A DNA stretch of 64,000 nucleotides, taken from assembly GCA_963708045.1 (NCBI GenBank), contig OY970181.1, positions 451,740-515,739 of the forward strand, written 5' to 3'. Of the stretch, positions 59,097 to 64,000 are shown one piece after another. The notes under the pieces were generated by a model. The model had not been told where the DNA came from and ran no database searches. It was given only the letters and a program-made list of their open reading frames with translations. A program made the translations under genes and the position numbers. Positions within the stretch are counted from its first letter, which is position 1. Each line of letters starts with the position of its first letter. This stretch comes from an uncultured bacterium. GTDB taxonomy: Bacteria > Patescibacteriota > Patescibacteriia > CAIQCM01.

Positions 59097-59174
59097 GCAC
59101 GCGTAGCTCAGCCCGGATAGAGCATCAGCTTGCGGAGCTGGTGGCCACAGGTTCAAATCCTGTCGCGTGCACCA
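59097..59174 (+). tRNA. tRNA-Arg (anticodon GCG), CCA encoded, followed by a terminator hairpin
   Basis: GCACGCG-TA-GCTC-AGCCCGGATA-GAGC...anticodon loop tt-GCG-ga...T-arm ACAGG-TTCAAAT-CCTGT-CGCGTGC-A-CCA; terminator atccaccaacgtggattttttt at 59180-59205. Confidence 0.8.
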
Positions 59175-59289
59175 AAAAAATCCACCAACGTGGATTTTTT
59201 TGTTTGGCAAACAAACTGCTTTGTTTGGCGCCTGGCCTCAATAACCCAAAAATCAAAAAATGTGGTAAATTGATACCGCCGTTATATAT

Positions 59290-60732
59290 ATGAAATATAT
59301 GCCAGATATCATCTACGAAAATATAAAATTTAACGTCACTTTTAAAGAGTTTTTCCCACCTCTTCAGCTTTCCTTTTGGTCAAGTGATGATTTTCTTAAA
59401 ACCTACGAACGGATTACTGGAACGGACGCTGGTTTTATTTATGAGGTAAAAAATTCAGACCTGACTGGGTATATGGAAAGCGCCGCGCCGGAACGCGTTT
59501 TAAAGTCTGTTCAGGATAAGATTTCTGTTGCCTGGATAGATGAACAGTTGAAAAATTTTGACGCGCATCTAGAAAATCTAAAAAAGATTGTGGAAGCGGC
59601 CAGAGATGCGGAATATAACAAAGCTGATCTAATTAAACTTTTTGAAACACTGCGACAAGAAACTGGCAATATTTATCCTTACAGCAACGCTTTTTATTTA
59701 TTAAGTGCCGAGGTTGAGAAAAATATTCTTAATACGCTCAAACGTGATCGTTCGGAAGCGGAAGCAAACCAACTCCTCGCAAAATTAAGCCGGCCGATTA
59801 AAGAAACGTTTTTGGATAAATATACAACCGCGACCGAGGCATTAGCTAAGGAGTTATTAGAAAAGACGGGTACTGTTCAAATCAACAAGGTTGGCGATCT
59901 TTATCGCAACGATCCGATCTTTAAGAAAAAAATTGACGAATTGCGTGATGAGTATTTTTGTTTAACTTCATTAAATGGGGGAGAGCGAACGGTTGAGTCG
60001 TTGTTTCCTGATATTGCGCGAAAAATAAAATTATCGGCGTCGCAAGAAGAAATTTTTGTTCCCGAAACAATAAAAAAAGATTTGTATCTTCTTAGGGCGG
60101 CATTATACTTTAAAGATGAACCGTCAACTTTTGCTGTTCCTTTTGTTCGTTACGGCTTAGCTAAACATTGGGCCGCTGCTGCAGCGTTTCTAAATATAAA
60201 CATCGTCGATCTTGATCAGTTGCTTATTGACGAAGTCATCGCCTGTCTTAAAGAAACAAAAGATGTAAGGGATCTGGTTGAAGAAAGAAAAAAGGCAACG
60301 TTTTTCTTTCATAAGCCATTCCATAGCACGACGATTATTCAGGGTGCAAGAGCCGAAAAAGAAATGAGCCCTCTTTTAAACCAAAATTCCTTGGCCGATT
60401 ATGGATCGCTTTCTGAAATTTCAGGCAAAGTTGGCTCTAGCGGCAAAGCCACCGGACCGGTAAAAAAGATTCTTCACTCGTCGGAAATATCCGATTTTAA
60501 AGAAGGCCAAGTGCTTGTCGCTGTCTATACCGCGCCGGAGTTTGTCCCGGCTATGAAAAAAGCGGTTGCTATTGTAACTGACACAGGTGGCATAACTTGC
60601 CACGCCGCTATTGTTTCGCGCGAGTTAAAAATTCCTTGCGTTATTGGAACCAAGATCGCCACTCAGGTCTTAAAAGACGGGGATATTGTTGAAGTGGATG
60701 CGGAAAAGGGTTTGATTAGGATTATTAAATAA
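59290..60732 (+). CDS. PEP-utilizing-enzyme mobile (His-swivel) domain protein, paralog 2
   Basis: C-terminal GKATGPVKKIL...VAVYTAPEFVPAMKKAVAIVTDTGGITCHAAIVSRELKIPCVIGT, about 60% identical to the C-terminus of the 55505 gene. Confidence 0.7.
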   Translation: MKYMPDIIYENIKFNVTFKEFFPPLQLSFWSSDDFLKTYERITGTDAGFIYEVKNSDLTGYMESAAPERVLKSVQDKISVAWIDEQLKNFDAHLENLKKIVEAARDAEYNKADLIKLFETLRQETGNIYPYSNAFYLLSAEVEKNILNTLKRDRSEAEANQLLAKLSRPIKETFLDKYTTATEALAKELLEKTGTVQINKVGDLYRNDPIFKKKIDELRDEYFCLTSLNGGERTVESLFPDIARKIKLSASQEEIFVPETIKKDLYLLRAALYFKDEPSTFAVPFVRYGLAKHWAAAAAFLNINIVDLDQLLIDEVIACLKETKDVRDLVEERKKATFFFHKPFHSTTIIQGARAEKEMSPLLNQNSLADYGSLSEISGKVGSSGKATGPVKKILHSSEISDFKEGQVLVAVYTAPEFVPAMKKAVAIVTDTGGITCHAAIVSRELKIPCVIGTKIATQVLKDGDIVEVDAEKGLIRIIK

Positions 60733-60801
60733 TAAAGCCACATTTTAGCATTGACTTGTTCGCCATAAAGTTATAAGGTTTGTTGTTCAGAAAGGAAGTG
60801 A

Positions 60802-61335
60802 ATGATGAAGCGAATAAGTCTCGTTCTTTTGGTAATTAGTTTTCTTGGTTGTGCAACAAAGTCAAATGGAAAAGTGACGACCGTTTTGTCTTCTCCAGAT
60901 GATCCCGTGCGGCCAAAAGTTTTGCCGCCGATACCTAGCGCCGAAGAAACGGCCGTGTTTGTTCGCACCTCGCCAACGCTTGAGTGCTTAGTAACGCGAA
61001 CGCATGTTTCGTTAAAGCTTAAGGGGCGGCTTGGTTTGTTCAAGTATGGCCAAAGCGGGCTAGAAAAAGGCTTTAACGTTTGCCTGATCGGCGAAATCAA
61101 CGAGTGGCGGCCGACGTCAGAATATTGTCGGTCATACGTTCCTGATCCGAACCACGAATATCTTCTGGGTCCATTTTTACTGCCAAAGAAAGACCGCGAT
61201 CGTTTTACTTTCGCAAACGTGGTTCAGAACCTTGAATATCGTTGGGGCGGGATTAAGTTCATTACCGTTTCCGGCGCTTGCCGCTTAGAGCCCGACGACG
61301 GCGGCGACCGCTTTGTTTTCACAAAGCACAAATGA
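60802..61335 (+). CDS. hypothetical lipoprotein
   Basis: MMKRISLVLLVISFLGCATK lipobox. Confidence 0.55.
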   Translation: MMKRISLVLLVISFLGCATKSNGKVTTVLSSPDDPVRPKVLPPIPSAEETAVFVRTSPTLECLVTRTHVSLKLKGRLGLFKYGQSGLEKGFNVCLIGEINEWRPTSEYCRSYVPDPNHEYLLGPFLLPKKDRDRFTFANVVQNLEYRWGGIKFITVSGACRLEPDDGGDRFVFTKHK

Positions 61336-61402
61336 CCGCGCGAAGAGCGACTATGGCCGATAACCTTCTTGGTTGTCGGCCATTAATTTTTTCATGTTTT
61401 TT

Positions 61403-61450
61403 AAAACCTCCCATCTTGGCGCGGCCGCGTCAAGATGGGAGGCGGGGGAG
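61403..61450 (+). repeat. hairpin repeat family B, variant copy 3
   Basis: aaaacctcccatcttggcgcggccgcgtcaagatgggaggcgggggagg; same cctcccatctt / aagatgggagg stem base as the 23.5 and 24.2 kb copies, with a different loop. Confidence 0.6.
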
Positions 61451-61479
61451 GTTATAAACTAGATTGTGTTTGGTAATAT

Positions 61480-61594
61480 CTTAGCCCACTCTTTGCAAAA
61501 GAGGGGGTAGGGGGAGTTCGTTTCGCCGTAAATAATTTTAACGTAATAAAACAGAACTCTCCCTACCCTCCCTTTTACCAAAGGGAGGGCTAAG
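61480..61594 (+). repeat. repeat family A, copy E (complete, with terminal inverted repeat cttagccc...gggctaag)
   Basis: cttagcccactctttgcaaaagagggggtagggggagttcgtttcgccgtaaataattttaacgtaataaaacagaactctccctaccctcccttttaccaaagggagggctaag. Confidence 0.8.
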
Positions 61595-61700
61595 ATTGGT
61601 AATCCAATCTCAACTTTCCACTTGCAAAGAGGTGGCCAAGACATTAGATATTTATTGGTAGTATTGTTGAAAAGTGTGTTTTGGAATACGCTTTTTGTGT

Positions 61701-63701
61701 ATGACGGAAACAACGCCAATTTCTGACCTTGGTCAATACGGAAAAGCGATTGCGGGAAGACTTAAAAAGATCGGAATAAAAACGGTTGGGGATTTGCTTA
61801 CCCATCCGCCGTTTCGTTACGAAGATTGGTCTAAAGTAAAAACAATCGCCAATCTTATTCCCGGGGAAACGGTTACGGTAAACGCGACCGTTGAAATTAT
61901 TGCTAATCGTCGTTCGCCAATAAAGCGCACGGTGCTCACTGAGGCGGTCTTAACCGACGAAACCGGAAAGATCGCCGCGGTTTGGTTTGGTCAACCATAT
62001 ATTACAAACACGCTCAAGCCAGGGACAAAAGCGTCGTTTGCCGGAAAAATTTCCGACGAGTATGGACGAAAACATTTAGTCAGTCCGGTTTATGAAACTG
62101 GCGCGCGCTCGGTGCATACCGGACGAATTGTGCCGGTATATCCTGCGACGGCGAATCTTACGCAAAAGCATCTTCGCGCACTTGTTGACATTGCTGCGCC
62201 GGCGCTCACGTCGTTTCGCGAGCCGCTTCCTGAAAAAATTTTAAACGAGCACCATTTTTTACCTTATGCGGCGGCGCTAAAGGAGATTCATTACCCGAGC
62301 TCAAACGCAACCCTGCTTGCTGCCCGGCGGCGTTTGCAATTTGACGAACTACTTTTGCATCAGCTGATTGCCATGCGAAGAAAACGCGAGGTCGCGGCCA
62401 ACGAATCGGTGCCCGTGTTGTTTAACGAAAAAGTGGTGCGCAAGTTTGTTGCCGGGTTGCCTTTTAAGTTAACCGACGATCAGCGCAAAGCGATTTGGCA
62501 GATTTTTAAAGATATGGAAAAAAATGAACCAATGCATCGTTTGTTAAATGGCGATGTTGGTTCGGGAAAAACGATTGTCGCCGCAGTTGCCGCGGTAAAC
62601 GTTGCAGCAATAGGTGGTGTAACCGCGCTCATGGCGCCAACCGAAGTTCTGGCTAAACAGCATTATGAAACGCTTTGCCGCGCGATGAATGGTCTTTCTA
62701 TTGCCTTGCGCACAAAGAGTTACCACGAAGGAAAAGACGACGCCGCGCTTCTTGTTGGCACGCACGCGCTTTTGGAAGATAAAATCAGCCTTCCCAATTT
62801 AACGCTTGCTGTTATTGACGAACAGCATCGTTTTGGCGTGGAACAGCGCAAAGAACTTATGGAAAAACGTTGTGACGAAAAAATGCCGCACCTACTTTCT
62901 ATGACCGCAACGCCGATTCCGCGCACCCTCCACCTCGCGCTCTACGGCGACCTGGATGTTTCTTTGCTTAAAGAAAAACCGGCCAATCGTTTGCCGATCA
63001 TAACCAAAGCAGTCAAACCGGAGCGTTACAACGAAGCCTATGCCGCCGTCGCCGCCGAAGTTGCGGCTGGTCGCCAAGCATTTTTCGTCGCGCCGATTAT
63101 TGATCCGTCGGACAAATACGGCGCCAAATCGGCCACCGAACTTTATGATGAGTTAAAGAAAAAAGTTTTTAAAACCTTTTCGGTCGGTTTGCTTCATGGC
63201 CGGATGAAATCCGACGAGAAAGAAAGCGTGATGAAAGATTTTGTTAGCGGGAAAATAAATATCCTTGTGGCCACGTCGGTTATTGAAGTCGGAATTGATG
63301 TGCCGAACGCGAGCGTGATGTGCGTTACCGGTGCTGAGCGTTTTGGTTTAGCTCAGCTTCATCAATTTCGCGGTCGCGTCGGGCGGGGGACAAACCAATC
63401 ATATTGCTTTGCTTTTGCACCTGCGGGCGCGATAACGAGCCGTCTAAAAGCTTTTGTTAATTCTAACGACGGCTTTGAACTCGCGGAAAAAGATTTGGAA
63501 TTGCGCGGTCCGGGCGAGGTTTTTGGCACGCGACAGTCGGGCATTGAAGAAATGAAATTTGCCACTTTTGACGATCTTCATTTGGTGGAAGAAGCCCACG
63601 AAGCGGCCGAGAAAATAATCGCTACCGATCCGGAGTTAAATGATTGTCCGGTTTTGCGCGAGAAAATAATTCGCCACGAAGAAGCAGTGCATTTGGAATA
63701 A
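61701..63701 (+). CDS. recG: ATP-dependent DNA helicase RecG
   Basis: N-terminal wedge/OB region, helicase motif I LNGDVGSGKT, motif II VIDEQHRFGV, motif VI QLHQFRGRVGRG. Confidence 0.9.
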   Translation: MTETTPISDLGQYGKAIAGRLKKIGIKTVGDLLTHPPFRYEDWSKVKTIANLIPGETVTVNATVEIIANRRSPIKRTVLTEAVLTDETGKIAAVWFGQPYITNTLKPGTKASFAGKISDEYGRKHLVSPVYETGARSVHTGRIVPVYPATANLTQKHLRALVDIAAPALTSFREPLPEKILNEHHFLPYAAALKEIHYPSSNATLLAARRRLQFDELLLHQLIAMRRKREVAANESVPVLFNEKVVRKFVAGLPFKLTDDQRKAIWQIFKDMEKNEPMHRLLNGDVGSGKTIVAAVAAVNVAAIGGVTALMAPTEVLAKQHYETLCRAMNGLSIALRTKSYHEGKDDAALLVGTHALLEDKISLPNLTLAVIDEQHRFGVEQRKELMEKRCDEKMPHLLSMTATPIPRTLHLALYGDLDVSLLKEKPANRLPIITKAVKPERYNEAYAAVAAEVAAGRQAFFVAPIIDPSDKYGAKSATELYDELKKKVFKTFSVGLLHGRMKSDEKESVMKDFVSGKINILVATSVIEVGIDVPNASVMCVTGAERFGLAQLHQFRGRVGRGTNQSYCFAFAPAGAITSRLKAFVNSNDGFELAEKDLELRGPGEVFGTRQSGIEEMKFATFDDLHLVEEAHEAAEKIIATDPELNDCPVLREKIIRHEEAVHLE

Positions 63702-63803
63702 AGTGATTCTTGCACAATCTGGGTAATTATGTTATAAAAAAATTGGAGAAGGGATTCCGCATCGCGCGGATTTTTGTTTTCTCCCAAAACCCAGGAGTCA
63801 GTT

Positions 63804-64000
63804 ATGGCAGTAGAAACCGGTCTGTGTGTTGGCTGCAAATGCGCCGTTTGCAGAACACAACCAGGTGTTCTTTCAAACGGCGAACAGTTTGGGCATATTG
63901 CCTGCGTGAGGGGTAAATATTATCCTGAGGGAGATGTTTCGTCCGAACTTCGTACCACGGTCGCCATACTCTTCGCCAAAACCAGAGAACCGACCAAACA
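63804..64000 (+). CDS. 3'-truncated ORF encoding a Cys-rich (CxxC...CxxC) small protein; runs off the window end
   Basis: AGGAG 6 nt upstream of ATG 63804; MAVETGLCVGCKCAVCRTQPG...; no stop before nt 64000, so it is absent from the ORF track. Confidence 0.4.
   Translation, partial: MAVETGLCVGCKCAVCRTQPGVLSNGEQFGHIACVRGKYYPEGDVSSELRTTVAILFAKTREPTK

Noticed and set aside
59130-59140. tRNA-Arg anticodon read as GCG rather than the usual ACG
   Set aside because: The cloverleaf is unambiguous and GCG is a legitimate Arg anticodon; nothing supports a pseudogene or a misread; noted only as mildly unusual.

Overview
This 64 kb window reads as a fragment of a small-genome bacterium of the Candidate Phyla Radiation / Patescibacteria type. 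All calls are from reading the sequence; no searches were run, and coordinates for features not on the ORF track may be off by 1-2 nt. It carries housekeeping genes: groES-groEL behind a CIRCE-like operator; prfB with the classic CTT-TGA-C +1 frameshift (so UGA is a stop codon here); tsaC; rsmA; recQ; recG; comFC; bcp. There are many lipoproteins and membrane proteins, few clear Shine-Dalgarno sites, and three tRNAs: Ser-GCU, Ser-UGA, Arg-GCG. The accessory content is in eight parts. (1) A 2858-aa secreted Cys-rich giant protein sits with a small TSP3-repeat partner. (2) A type IV secretion-like cluster has a VirB6/TrbL-like protein, a VirB3/PrgI-like protein and a VirB4 ATPase split into two ORFs. 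(3) An AT-rich island at about 20.3-24.4 kb encodes a GTP-cyclohydrolase-II-like protein, a CYTH triphosphate-tunnel protein, a frameshifted HAD phosphatase and a PaaX-like regulator bracketed by 62-bp hairpin direct repeats. (4) A 5.7 kb island at about 45.1-50.8 kb abuts tRNA-Ser(GCU) and is bounded by 32-bp imperfect direct repeats; it holds a GHKL-ATPase + DUF4325/STAS-like pair, a HEPN-like protein with a Zn-finger partner and a YhbQ-like GIY-YIG protein. (5) Several dispersed repeat families are present, including a 115-bp MITE/REP-like element in five copies that supplies the last codons and stop of rsmA. (6) A G-quadruplex/hairpin-prone CCCTAA-like region sits immediately upstream of prfB. 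(7) A 120-nt multi-hairpin element lies upstream of tRNA-Arg. (8) An O-antigen-ligase-like membrane domain is fused to a NUDIX hydrolase.
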